This document shows positions 46,161 to 55,591 of a stretch of DNA of 64,000 bases, piece by piece. How positions within the stretch are numbered: position 1 is the stretch's first letter; each line of letters starts with the position of its first letter. Origin of the DNA: Clostridiales bacterium. Lineage in GTDB: Bacteria; Bacillota; Clostridia; Christensenellales; CAG-138. The notes under the pieces are model-generated. The model searched no databases. It was not told the DNA's origin and saw nothing but the letters and a program-made list of their open reading frames with translations. Made by a program: the position numbers and the translations under genes. The stretch covers positions 3,375 to 67,374 of the forward strand of contig SFNQ01000015.1 of NCBI GenBank assembly GCA_004554165.1. Reading direction: 5' to 3'.

Positions 46161-47756
46161 TCAGTGCCCGGGCAGCGGGATAACAAGATCGAGCCCGGGG
46201 AGCGCAACCGTGCTGTACGTTTCCTTCTCAAACGCCGTGGCACTTCCCCTGGCGAAGCGATAGGGCTCGCCGTCGATCTCCAGCGTGATCGGAACGCCGG
46301 GAGCATCGGGCGGTTGGGCTCCTTCCGAACCTTCCCGCGGGAGCAGCTGGCAAACCTCCCAGCCGACCAGATGGGTCACTGCCGGACGCAGACGGATCTG
46401 GCGGATGCTGTCATAGTCCGAGGGGAAAACCGGCAGCTCCAGATTGATCTCTCCCAGATTGCTGTCCCGAGGGAGCAGGGTTTTGACGAATTCATCGTTG
46501 ACGTACAGATCGAAGCTCAGGCCGTTCCTGCCCTGCTTTTCTCCGGGACAGAAAAAGCTGGTGCGCTCGGCCTCCGTCCAGCCCGCAGGGTAGCTCTCCG
46601 CACTGACCCGCACATAGATGCCCGCGCTGCCATAGTCCGCTACGGCGCGAAGCGTCAGTCCATCCAGAGGTAGCGACCGGTTGTACATACTGCCCTCGTC
46701 CCAGTCGGTGACGGTGACGGGCACAGAGCCGACGTCGCTCTGGGAGGCGGAAGCGCTTATGCGCTCCGTCGCATTGCCCGCTGTGGTGTCAAAGGTGAAG
46801 GTATGGATGATGCGGGCGATGTTGCCCACAGACCCCATATCGTCGATCGAGCCGTCATAGATGTAGTAGAGGATGGTCATGGTGATTTCGCCGTCCGGCA
46901 GGGGCTTGGGCAGCGGGTCGATTATCAGCGTATGCCAGACGCCGTCCAGCGTCTCCGGCGCTTCGCCGCTCTTGCCCATGAGGGAGGTTGCGGTGCCGCT
47001 GGAGTAGGACGCCTGATATTCCCCGGAAAGGTCCTGGCCGCCCATCTCGAAGAAATAGGCAAAGCAGGTGATGTCCAGCCGATGCTCCGCCGGAACGTCA
47101 GCGCCCCAGCTCACAAGGAAATCCGCCGCATGGTCGGTGTGCAGATAGGTATTCACTGTCAGCAGCCTTCCGTCATAGAGCACTTCCCGCACCTCCGGGC
47201 GGATATCGCGCAGGAAGGCAAATTCCTCCTTGTCCAGCGCTCCAAAGCCGTTTTCCACGCGCCAGGTGTTGATGTTCGTATTATACTCCTCGTCGTACTG
47301 GGTCAAATTCCCCGCGTACTCGCCAAGCAGCTCGACGCTCCAGGTTTCCCTGCCCGGGGAGGCCGCTTCCAGCGCCGCCTGGATTTCCGGGATAGCGGTG
47401 CGGTCGGCAGGGGGCTGCATCATATAAGCGCCGGATTCATAGTCCGGCCACAGCAGGCTCAGCAGCGCCTGCGCGACGCCGGGAACCGCCAGCATGACGC
47501 CGGCGAGCAGCAGCAGGCAGGCTGCGGTTGCGGCCGCAGCAAGAAGTATTTTTCGCCTGTGGTTTGCGCCGCGGCGCGGGGCCATTTGCCCGTCCCCACG
47601 CCGGGTGCGGCGGGGAGGGATGGTCCTGCGTTGCAGCTGCTGCTTCAGGCGGCCGGCAAGGGCCTTGTCCAGAGGCGGCGTGTCCATATTGCACAGCAGC
47701 CGGTCAAGCTGCTCGGGGCTGCTGTTCCAAAGCTGTTCAGAGAGCGGATTCGGCAT
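46161..47756 (-). CDS. Anti-sigma-factor-like membrane protein with a large extracytoplasmic domain
   Basis: Short N-terminus, single TM ILLAAAATAACLLLLAGVMLAV, 531 aa. Start overlaps the sigma gene stop by 20 nt. Confidence 0.7.
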   Translation of the reverse strand: MPNPLSEQLWNSSPEQLDRLLCNMDTPPLDKALAGRLKQQLQRRTIPPRRTRRGDGQMAPRRGANHRRKILLAAAATAACLLLLAGVMLAVPGVAQALLSLLWPDYESGAYMMQPPADRTAIPEIQAALEAASPGRETWSVELLGEYAGNLTQYDEEYNTNINTWRVENGFGALDKEEFAFLRDIRPEVREVLYDGRLLTVNTYLHTDHAADFLVSWGADVPAEHRLDITCFAYFFEMGGQDLSGEYQASYSSGTATSLMGKSGEAPETLDGVWHTLIIDPLPKPLPDGEITMTILYYIYDGSIDDMGSVGNIARIIHTFTFDTTAGNATERISASASQSDVGSVPVTVTDWDEGSMYNRSLPLDGLTLRAVADYGSAGIYVRVSAESYPAGWTEAERTSFFCPGEKQGRNGLSFDLYVNDEFVKTLLPRDSNLGEINLELPVFPSDYDSIRQIRLRPAVTHLVGWEVCQLLPREGSEGAQPPDAPGVPITLEIDGEPYRFARGSATAFEKETYSTVALPGLDLVIPLPGH

Positions 47757-48297
47757 TGCGTATTCCTCCTTCGTCCAGTTGCGTGGAGAGCTTTTTGAGC
47801 GCCCGCCGCGCCCGTTGATCCACGGTGTTTTCTTTAAGGCCGGTGAGCTGGGCGATCTCCGACGTGCGCATGCAGAGGTAATAGCGGCAGATGAGGATGC
47901 GCGCGTCCGGATCGCCCAGCGCGAGGATGCCCTCGATGATCGCGTCGCGCTCCGCGTGCGACAGCGCCAGTTCCTCCGCCGAGGGGAAGACCTCCGGCCT
48001 GCGGACCCCTGCGCCCCGGACCGACTGCTCGCGCCGGAAGCGGCGCAGCCGGTCAAAGGCCTTGTTTTTCGCTACGGCGCAGAGATAGGCCTTGAGCGAG
48101 CCTTTGGAAAAGTCCAGGCGCGAACGGTGTTCAAAGACATAGAGAAAGGTGTCGCTGACGCACTCCTCCACATCCTCCGCCGGACATTCCGACAGAATAC
48201 CGCGGACCACATAGTACACCAATCCGCCATAGTCCGAGAGCATCCGGGAAAGGGCCTGTTCCGGCTCCTGCCGGAGCAGAGCATTCCATTTTTCCAA
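47737..48297 (-). CDS. ECF-type RNA polymerase sigma-70 factor
   Basis: Region 2 (DVEECVSDTFLYVF) and region 4 HTH (RTSEIAQLTGLKENTVDQRARRALKKL). TTG 48297 lies 10 nt after GGAGG. Confidence 0.85.
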   Translation of the reverse strand: MEKWNALLRQEPEQALSRMLSDYGGLVYYVVRGILSECPAEDVEECVSDTFLYVFEHRSRLDFSKGSLKAYLCAVAKNKAFDRLRRFRREQSVRGAGVRRPEVFPSAEELALSHAERDAIIEGILALGDPDARILICRYYLCMRTSEIAQLTGLKENTVDQRARRALKKLSTQLDEGGIRNAESAL

Positions 48298-48441
48298 GGG
48301 AGATTCACCTCCGTTGCGATTTTCTGTTGATGCGAATTCCTGCGCGCCGGAAATCCGTTCACTCCATATAGCGGCCGCAGGCGAAAAAATCTGACAGGGA
48401 GCCACCCGGCTGGCCGGAAAAAACCGCTGGAGGAGGGGGGC

Positions 48442-48549
48442 GGCCCCGTGTTCCGTTGCCGGAACGGCCCGGCGCGCCCGCCGGCGCCCCCGCGTTCGCG
48501 GGTAATGCTGCGCGCCGGGCATGCGCGGCCTCCGGCCGCGCGCGGGGCC
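48442..48549 (+). repeat. GC-rich MITE-like element, copy 3 (108 bp)
   Basis: GGCCCCGTG (48442-48450) ... CGCGGGGCC (48541-48549). Internal GTTCCGTTGCCGGAAC and GCGCGGCCTCCGGCCGCGCGCGGGGCC. Confidence 0.75.
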
Positions 48550-48582
48550 GCCCTCCCGGCCTGCGCGCGGACAGGCCCGGGC

Positions 48583-48614
48583 AAAAAAACTCCCGCACCC
48601 AGAGGATGCGGGAG
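48583..48614 (-). terminator. Rho-independent terminator of the ABC ATPase gene
   Basis: Minus strand reads CTCCCGCA-loop-TGCGGGAG followed by T7. Confidence 0.75.
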
Positions 48615-48644
48615 CGATGAGCTTCGGCACAAAAGCGCAGGACC

Positions 48645-49859
48645 TCAATAGATCAGGTTCTTGCCGTCCTTGTCGAACATGTGGATGACGTTGGGGCCGA
48701 AGGTAAAGTTGACCGGGTCGCCATAGCGGAAGCCCAGACGGTGCTCCTCCGGCAGATCCACCGTGGCAAGCACGATGACCACGTCCTTGCCGTTGGCGGT
48801 GACGTGCAGGTGAATGGAGCTGCCCATCATCTCGGACACGTCCACGGAGGCCTTGATGTGGCTTTCCAGCGCGGTCTCGCTGCAAAGCATGATGTGCTCC
48901 GGGCGGACGCCGAGGGTGATGTCCTGCGGCGCCACGTTCCTGTCCCGCAGAAGCTGCTGCTTGTCGGCGGCCAGAGCAAAGTCTGCGCCGTAGAGGGTAA
49001 CGTAGTAGTCGCCGTTGGCGCTTCTCTGGAGCCTTGCGCCGTCAAAGAGGTTCATCTGCGGCGTGCCGATAAAGCCGGCCACAAAGAGGTTTGCCGGCGC
49101 ATCGAACACCTGCTGCGGCGTGCCGATCTGCTGGATCAGGCCATCCTTCATGATGACGATGCGGTCGCCCAGCGTCATGGCCTCGGTCTGGTCATGGGTA
49201 ACATAGATAAAAGTGGTATCGATGCGCTGGCGGAGCTTGATGATCTCGGCGCGCATCTGGTTTCTGAGTTTTGCATCCAGATTGGAGAGCGGCTCGTCCA
49301 TCAGGAAGACCTGCGGCTCGCGGACGATGGCGCGGCCGATGGCAACGCGCTGACGCTGGCCGCCGGAAAGGGCCTTGGGCTTTCTCTGAAGATACTCGGT
49401 GATATCGAGAATCTCCGCGGCCTGGCGAACCCGTTCGTCGATCTCCTTCTTGGGCATTTTGCGAAGCTTGAGCGCAAAGGCCATGTTTTCATACACGGTC
49501 ATGTGCGGGTAGAGCGCGTAGTTCTGGAAGACCATCGCGATATCGCGATCCTTGGGCGCAACATCGTTGACCAGCCGGTCGCCGATGTAGAGCTCGCCCT
49601 CGGAGATCTCCTCAAGGCCGGCAATCATGCGCAGCGTTGTGGACTTGCCGCAGCCGGAGGGGCCGACGAGCACGATGAATTCCTTGTCGGCGATCTCAAG
49701 ATTGAAGTCCTGTACCGCGACCACACCCTTGTCCGTTCGGAGCAGGTTCGGCTTGCTCTCTTCCGATGCGGCTTCGTCCTTTTTCTTTTTGGACTCTTTG
49801 CCCTCGTTGCCGGAATAGGGGTAGATCTTCTTGATGTTCTTCAGGGTTACGTTTGCCAT
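48645..49859 (-). CDS. Sugar-type ABC transporter ATP-binding protein (MalK/MsmX/UgpC-like)
   Basis: GPSGCGKST, LSGGQRQR, FLMDEPLSNLD, C-terminal regulatory domain. A Lys/Glu-rich insertion lies near the N-terminus. Confidence 0.93.
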   Translation of the reverse strand: MANVTLKNIKKIYPYSGNEGKESKKKKDEAASEESKPNLLRTDKGVVAVQDFNLEIADKEFIVLVGPSGCGKSTTLRMIAGLEEISEGELYIGDRLVNDVAPKDRDIAMVFQNYALYPHMTVYENMAFALKLRKMPKKEIDERVRQAAEILDITEYLQRKPKALSGGQRQRVAIGRAIVREPQVFLMDEPLSNLDAKLRNQMRAEIIKLRQRIDTTFIYVTHDQTEAMTLGDRIVIMKDGLIQQIGTPQQVFDAPANLFVAGFIGTPQMNLFDGARLQRSANGDYYVTLYGADFALAADKQQLLRDRNVAPQDITLGVRPEHIMLCSETALESHIKASVDVSEMMGSSIHLHVTANGKDVVIVLATVDLPEEHRLGFRYGDPVNFTFGPNVIHMFDKDGKNLIY

Positions 49860-50142
49860 ACCATTTGACTTTGACGGGCACGAACTCCTTCAACTGCCCG
49901 CCTCGCCGCAGCCCGCATTGGTGGCGGCGGCATTACGGCAGGTCTCCACACTGCCGCACCGCAAGTCCGCGGAAAACAGCCTCCTTCTTTTGTCGTCGCG
50001 GGCCTAGGTAGTGGAGTAGACGCCGCACGATATACTTATTCTTATTATCGCCGAAAAACCCGGCAAAGGCAAGGGAAATTTGCCGGCGCGCCGGGTTTGC
50101 GTAAATTCGGGCGGGCAGCCCGTGGCCTTTTGTCTCCGCCTG

Positions 50143-50151
50143 TGGTATAAT
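50143..50151 (+). promoter_or_regulatory. Extended -10 element upstream of nrdA
   Basis: TGGTATAAT (TGn + TATAAT at 50146-50151). No good -35. Confidence 0.4.
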
Positions 50152-50267
50152 CGTGCTGTTCTATGATAATTGTCGGATTCTGTTCCAGATTACATGGAGA
50201 AAACGCGCGCCGCTGCGGGGAGCCGGTCAGGCCGTTTCCTTCGGGCGGAAGCAATACCGGAGGTTAT

Positions 50268-52784
50268 ATGGAAATCAGAAAACGGAACGGCGCAGTGGTG
50301 GCCTTCTGCGACGAGAAGATCATCCTGGCCATGGAAAAAGCCTTTTTGGGCCAGAACCAGCCCGTTCAGCGGGAGGAGCTGGCCGCCATGCTGCAAACCG
50401 TTGTGCAGCGGCTGCCCGCGGGGGAGGATCTCTCGGTGGAGCGCGTGCAGGACGAGGTGGAGCGCGCGCTGATGGAGCGCGGGCATTATGCCGTGGCCAA
50501 GGCCTATATCCTGTATAGGGAGAAGCGTTCGGAGCTGCGCCGTGTGCGGGAAAGTCTCGCCGCAGCCATGGGCGATCTGGCGCTTGCGGAATGCCTGCGG
50601 CAGATCCAGCGGGACTTTGACGCCGAGCTGTATCCGATTTCCGCCCTTCAGGTAAAGTTTGAGAGCTTTTCGAAGCAGTCCATGCAGCGGGAGGAACGGT
50701 ATGCGGCCCTCGTGAAGGCGGCGGTGGAGCTGACCACGCAGGAGGCCCCGCGCTGGGAGTTTATCGCCGCCCGGCTTTTGAACCATGCCTTTTGTGTGCG
50801 CCTTGCGGAGGAGCTCTCTGCCCGCGGCATCACCGACCTCTACGGAAAGATCCGGTATCTTACGGACGAGGGGCTGTACGGCGATTATATCCTCGCCCAT
50901 TATTCGCGGCAGGAGATCGAGCAGGCGGCGGGCTTCCTCCGGCCCGAGCGGGACAGGCTGTTTACCTATTCTGGGCTGGACCTGCTGCTCAAGCGCTATG
51001 TCATCCATACAAAAAAACATGTTCCGCTGGAAACGCCCCAGGAGATGTTCCTTGGCATCGCGCTGCATCTGGCCATGAAGGAAAAGAACGATCGCATGCA
51101 GTGGGTGCAGCGCTTTTATGACATGCTCAGCCGCATGGAAGTAACCATGGCCACGCCCACGCTGGCCAACGCGCGCAAGCCCTTTCACCAGCTTTCCAGC
51201 TGCTTTATCGATACCGTGCCGGACAGTCTGGACGGCATCTACCGCTCCATTGACAACTTCGCAAAGGTCTCCAAGTTTGGCGGCGGCATGGGCCTGTACT
51301 TTGGCAAGGTCCGCGCCACGGGCAGCGCCATCCGCGGCTTTGAGGGCGCGGCGGGCGGCGTCATCCGCTGGATTCGCCTTGTGAACGATACTGCGGTGGC
51401 GGTGGACCAGCTGGGCATGCGCCAGGGCGCGGTGGCGGTGTATCTGGACGCCTGGCACAAAGACCTGCCGGAGTTTTTGCAGCTTCGCACCAACAATGGC
51501 GACGACCGGATGAAGGCGCACGACGTGTTCCCCGCCGTCTGCTATCCGGATCTGTTCTGGCAGCTTGCGGAACGGGACATCGACGCGCCGTGGCACCTGA
51601 TGTGCCCGCATGAAATCCTCTCCGTCAAGGGGTATGCGCTGGAGGATTACTACGGCGAGGCGTGGGAAAAGCGCTATCTCGACTGTGTGAACGATCCCCG
51701 GATCACAAAGCGCACGGTCTCGGTGAAGGACGTCGTGCGGCTGGTGCTGCGCTCCGCCGTGGAGACGGGCACGCCCTTTGCCTTCAACCGCGACACGGTC
51801 AACCGCGCCAATCCCAACGCCCACCGGGGCATGATCTACTGCTCGAACCTCTGCACGGAGATCGCCCAGAACATGGCGCCCATTGAAACCGTCGGCACGG
51901 AGGTGCGCACGGAAAACGGCGATACCGTGGTGGTCACAACGGCGCACCCGGGCGAGTTTGTGGTCTGCAACCTTGCCAGCCTGTCGCTGGGCAACCTCCC
52001 CGTGGAGGATGAGGCCTACATGCAGCAGATTGTCGAAACGGCGGTCCGCGCGCTGGACAACGTGATCGACCTCAATTTCTATCCGCTGGAGTATGCGCGC
52101 CTGACCAACCAGCGCTACCGCAGCATCGGCCTTGGCGTGAGCGGCTACCACCACATGCTCGCAAAGCGCGGCATTGCCTGGGAGAGCGAGGCGCATCTCG
52201 CCTTTGTGGACGAGGTGTTTGAGCGCATCAACTATGCGGCCATCCTTGCGGATACCCGGCTTGCCGCGGAGAAGGGCAGCTACCGCTTTTTTGAGGGCAG
52301 CGACTGGCAGACCGGCGAGTATTTTACAAAGCGCGGCTATACCTCGGAGAAGTGGCAGGCGCTGGCGGAAACCGTCAGAGCGCAGGGCATGCGAAACGCC
52401 TATCTGCTGGCCATTGCGCCCACCTCCAGCACCTCCATCCTTGCGGGCACAACGGCGGGCGTGGACCCGATTCTCAAGCGCTTCTTTCTGGAGGAGAAGA
52501 AGGGTAGCATGCTGCCGAGGGTTGCGCCGGAACTGACGATGGAGAGCTTCTGGTTCTACAAGAGCGCCCACCTCATCGACCAGCGCTTCTCCGTGCGCGC
52601 CTCGGGCGTGCGCCAGAGGCATATCGATCAGGCCCAGAGCATGAACCTGTACATCACCAACGATTTTACCATGCGCCAGGTGTTGGACCTGTATCTTGAG
52701 GCATGGAGGCGCGGCGTGAAAACCATCTATTATATCCGCAGCAAGTCTCTGGAGGTGGAGGAGTGCGAAAGCTGCTCGTCCTAA
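50268..52784 (+). CDS. nrdA: Class I ribonucleoside-diphosphate reductase alpha subunit with ATP-cone
   Basis: GGAGG before ATG 50268. N-terminal ATP-cone, SNLCTEI active site, C-terminal CESCSS. Confidence 0.95.
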   Translation: MEIRKRNGAVVAFCDEKIILAMEKAFLGQNQPVQREELAAMLQTVVQRLPAGEDLSVERVQDEVERALMERGHYAVAKAYILYREKRSELRRVRESLAAAMGDLALAECLRQIQRDFDAELYPISALQVKFESFSKQSMQREERYAALVKAAVELTTQEAPRWEFIAARLLNHAFCVRLAEELSARGITDLYGKIRYLTDEGLYGDYILAHYSRQEIEQAAGFLRPERDRLFTYSGLDLLLKRYVIHTKKHVPLETPQEMFLGIALHLAMKEKNDRMQWVQRFYDMLSRMEVTMATPTLANARKPFHQLSSCFIDTVPDSLDGIYRSIDNFAKVSKFGGGMGLYFGKVRATGSAIRGFEGAAGGVIRWIRLVNDTAVAVDQLGMRQGAVAVYLDAWHKDLPEFLQLRTNNGDDRMKAHDVFPAVCYPDLFWQLAERDIDAPWHLMCPHEILSVKGYALEDYYGEAWEKRYLDCVNDPRITKRTVSVKDVVRLVLRSAVETGTPFAFNRDTVNRANPNAHRGMIYCSNLCTEIAQNMAPIETVGTEVRTENGDTVVVTTAHPGEFVVCNLASLSLGNLPVEDEAYMQQIVETAVRALDNVIDLNFYPLEYARLTNQRYRSIGLGVSGYHHMLAKRGIAWESEAHLAFVDEVFERINYAAILADTRLAAEKGSYRFFEGSDWQTGEYFTKRGYTSEKWQALAETVRAQGMRNAYLLAIAPTSSTSILAGTTAGVDPILKRFFLEEKKGSMLPRVAPELTMESFWFYKSAHLIDQRFSVRASGVRQRHIDQAQSMNLYITNDFTMRQVLDLYLEAWRRGVKTIYYIRSKSLEVEECESCSS

Positions 52785-52952
52785 AGCCGGAGCCGGATAC
52801 CGGCCTGGCTTTGGAAGCGCTTCGGCAGGCTTGTTCTGCGGCTGCGTCCCCGGAGGAAAGCGATCCGTGGGGCCGGTCCTGACGGTGCCCTGCCGAACAG
52901 GAAACAAAAACAGAAAAACAACAGCAGGCAAGCGACAAGGGAGGGAGTACGC

Positions 52953-53999
52953 ATGCAGGAACAGATGAAGAAAAAGCCCCTGTTCAACCCCGCGGGCGAT
53001 ACGGAGGTACGGCTGCGCCGCATGATCGGCGGCAATACCACAAACCTCAACGATTTTAACAATATGAAATACGCCTGGGTCAGCGACTGGTACCGGCAGG
53101 CCATGAACAATTTCTGGATTCCCGAGGAGATCAATCTGGCGCAGGATGTGAAGGACTATCCGAACCTGAGCAGGGCCGAGCGCACGGCCTACGATAAAAT
53201 CCTGAGCTTTCTGGTTTTCCTCGACTCCATCCAGACGGCGAACCTGCCCTGCATCGGCGCCTATGTGACGGCCAACGAGGTCAACCTCTGCCTGTCCATC
53301 CAGACCTTTCAGGAGTGCGTACACAGCCAGAGCTACAGCTATATGCTTGACACCATCTGCAGCCCGGTCGAGCGCAACGATATCCTGTACCAGTGGAAGA
53401 CGGACGAGCACCTGCTGCGCCGCAACACCTTCATCGGGGACTGTTACAACGAGTTTCAGACCCGGCAGGACGCCTTCACCCTGCTGAAGGTCATGATGGC
53501 CAACTTCATTCTCGAGGGTATCTATTTCTACAGCGGCTTCATGTTCTTCTACAACCTGAGCCGCAACGGGAAAATGCCCGGCTCCGCTCAGGAGATCCGC
53601 TACATCAACCGGGATGAGAACACGCATTTGTGGCTCTTCCGCAACATCATCGCGGAGCTGCAGAAGGAGCAGCCGGAGCTGTTCTCGGAGGAGAACGTGG
53701 CCGTGCTGCGCGGGATGATGGAGGAGGGCGTCCGGCAGGAGATCGCCTGGGGGCATTACGTCATCGGCGACGACATTCCGGGCCTGAACCGCGGCATGGT
53801 GACGGATTATATCCGCTATCTGGGCAACCTCCGCTGGACCAGTCTGGGCTACGAGCCGCTCTATCCGGGCTGCGAGAGCGAGCCGGAGAGCATGGCCTGG
53901 GTCAGCCAGTATTCCAACGCCAATATGGTCAAAACGGACTTCTTCGAGGCCAGAAGCACGGCCTATGCCAAGAGCACCGCGCTGGTGGACGATCTGTAA
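52953..53999 (+). CDS. nrdB: Class Ia ribonucleotide reductase beta subunit
   Basis: Ligand motifs FLDSIQ, QECVHSQSY (Tyr radical position present), LEGIYFYSGF, RDENTHL. Confidence 0.95.
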   Translation: MQEQMKKKPLFNPAGDTEVRLRRMIGGNTTNLNDFNNMKYAWVSDWYRQAMNNFWIPEEINLAQDVKDYPNLSRAERTAYDKILSFLVFLDSIQTANLPCIGAYVTANEVNLCLSIQTFQECVHSQSYSYMLDTICSPVERNDILYQWKTDEHLLRRNTFIGDCYNEFQTRQDAFTLLKVMMANFILEGIYFYSGFMFFYNLSRNGKMPGSAQEIRYINRDENTHLWLFRNIIAELQKEQPELFSEENVAVLRGMMEEGVRQEIAWGHYVIGDDIPGLNRGMVTDYIRYLGNLRWTSLGYEPLYPGCESEPESMAWVSQYSNANMVKTDFFEARSTAYAKSTALVDDL

Positions 54000-54065
54000 A
54001 CGACTGGAGCGGGCGGGCGGAAGCTGCCGCCTGCCTGCGGCCTGCCTCAGCGCAGGCAGTTTGAG

Positions 54066-55487
54066 ATGAAGGGAAAACTTTCGGGACAACTCCGCGCGCT
54101 CTTTGCGCCGCGGGATATGACGCAGGGCGAGCCGTGGCGGCGGATCGCAGAGTTTGCCGTCCCCATGCTGATTGGAAACTTTGCCCAGCAGCTGTACAAC
54201 ACGGCGGATTCCATCATTGTGGGGAAATTCGTGGGAGACAATGCGCTGGCCGCCGTCGGCAGCGCATCGCCCATTCTGAACTTCCTGCTGGCGCTGTTTG
54301 TGGGCGTTTCCACGGGTGCCGGCATCCTGGTTTCCCAGTATTTCGGGGCAAAGGACCGGGAGGCGCTGTCGAAGACCATCGGCAACTGTATCACGCTTAC
54401 GGCCCTTGTCTCCGCCCTGCTGCTGGTGGCGGGTCCCCTTGTGGCGCGGCCCATGCTGGCGCTGCTGGACACGCCGGCGTCCATCCTGAACTGGTGCGAG
54501 GAGTATCTTGTGATCTTCTTTGTGGGCGGCGCCGGGTTCTTTTTCTACAACATTCTCTCGGGCGTGCTGCGGGGCCTTGGGGACTCGCTCTCCGCGCTGG
54601 GTTTTCTGCTGGTGGCGGCCGCGTTGAACGTGGGGCTCGATCTGCTGTTCGTGCGGCGGATGGGCGTGGCGGGCGTTGCGCTTGCCACGGTGCTGGCGCA
54701 GGGAATTTCCGCGGCGCTGTGCTTTCTCAGGCTGCGGCGGATGCGGGAGGTGTTCTCGCTGGACCGGGCGAGTATGCGGCCGGACCGGCAGTATGTGGCC
54801 CGGGTGGCGCGGCTTGGCCTGCCCTCGGGCGTTACGCAGGCCATCTTTTCCATGGCCCTGATGCTGGTGCAGTCGCTGACCAACAGCTTCGGCGAGCTCG
54901 TGATCGCAACGAATGTGATCGTCATGCGCGTGGACGGCTTTGCCATGATGCCGAACTTTTCCTTCGGCCAGGCCATGACCACCTTTACCGGCCAGAATGT
55001 GGGCGCAGGCAGGATCGACCGGGTGCGCCAGGGGGCGAGGCAGGGGACGCTGCTGGCCGTGGGCTTTGCCCTTGTGCTGACGGCGGCCATCCTGTTTTTC
55101 GGGCAGACGCTGATGGGCTTTTTTACGGAAACGGAGGCGCTCATCGACCTCGGCGTGCGGATGATGCGCATCCTTGCGGTGGGCTATGTGGTCATGGCGG
55201 TGATGCAGAGCATGGCGGGCGTGATGCGGGGCGCGGGGGATACCCTGACGCCCATGTGGATCTCCCTTTTAACCACCGTTGGGCTGCGCGTGCCCATCGC
55301 TTACGGTCTTGCATATTTTACGCGCAGCGAGGCCTATCCCGTGGGCCGTCCGGAGGCCATTTATATCTCCGCGCTGTGCGCCTGGATCATGGGCGCGCTG
55401 GTCAATTTCATCGCGTATCGGAAGGGGCGCTGGCGCGCCAGGGTGCGGGAGTATTCCGGCACGGAAGTCGGGGGCGGCGCCGGCTGA
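54066..55487 (+). CDS. MATE-family efflux transporter
   Basis: 12-TM pattern. PMLIGNFAQQLYNTADSIIVGKFVG and a repeated second half. Confidence 0.9.
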   Translation: MKGKLSGQLRALFAPRDMTQGEPWRRIAEFAVPMLIGNFAQQLYNTADSIIVGKFVGDNALAAVGSASPILNFLLALFVGVSTGAGILVSQYFGAKDREALSKTIGNCITLTALVSALLLVAGPLVARPMLALLDTPASILNWCEEYLVIFFVGGAGFFFYNILSGVLRGLGDSLSALGFLLVAAALNVGLDLLFVRRMGVAGVALATVLAQGISAALCFLRLRRMREVFSLDRASMRPDRQYVARVARLGLPSGVTQAIFSMALMLVQSLTNSFGELVIATNVIVMRVDGFAMMPNFSFGQAMTTFTGQNVGAGRIDRVRQGARQGTLLAVGFALVLTAAILFFGQTLMGFFTETEALIDLGVRMMRILAVGYVVMAVMQSMAGVMRGAGDTLTPMWISLLTTVGLRVPIAYGLAYFTRSEAYPVGRPEAIYISALCAWIMGALVNFIAYRKGRWRARVREYSGTEVGGGAG

Positions 55488-55569
55488 TGCCCGGGGAGCG
55501 CGCTGCGGGCCCTTCGGCGCGCTTTGCATGGAAAAAAGAGCGGCAGCGTTCCTTTCCGGCTGTCGAAGG

Positions 55570-55591
55570 AGCGGCGAAGGCCGCTTTTTTT
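55570..55591 (+). terminator. Rho-independent terminator after the MATE gene
   Basis: AGCGGC-GAAG-GCCGCT followed by T7. Confidence 0.7.

Noticed and set aside
46161-48885. ORF-track proteins of 631 aa and 382 aa
   Set aside because: Each is a real gene extended upstream through junk in the same frame. The starts were reassigned to 47756 (ATG) and 48297 (TTG after GGAGG) on the basis of RBS and domain boundaries.
49990-50267. Cobalamin riboswitch upstream of nrdA
   Set aside because: No B12-box-like GCCACTG or core GGGAA/GGTG motifs were seen, and the leader is only ~110 nt.
50190-54089. 1299-aa ORF on the minus strand spanning nrdA and nrdB
   Set aside because: It is antisense to two genes with unmistakable RNR motifs. 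Its composition is Arg/Ala/Gly/Leu/His-rich and it has no recognisable domain. This is the typical stop-codon-poor antisense frame of high-G+C DNA.
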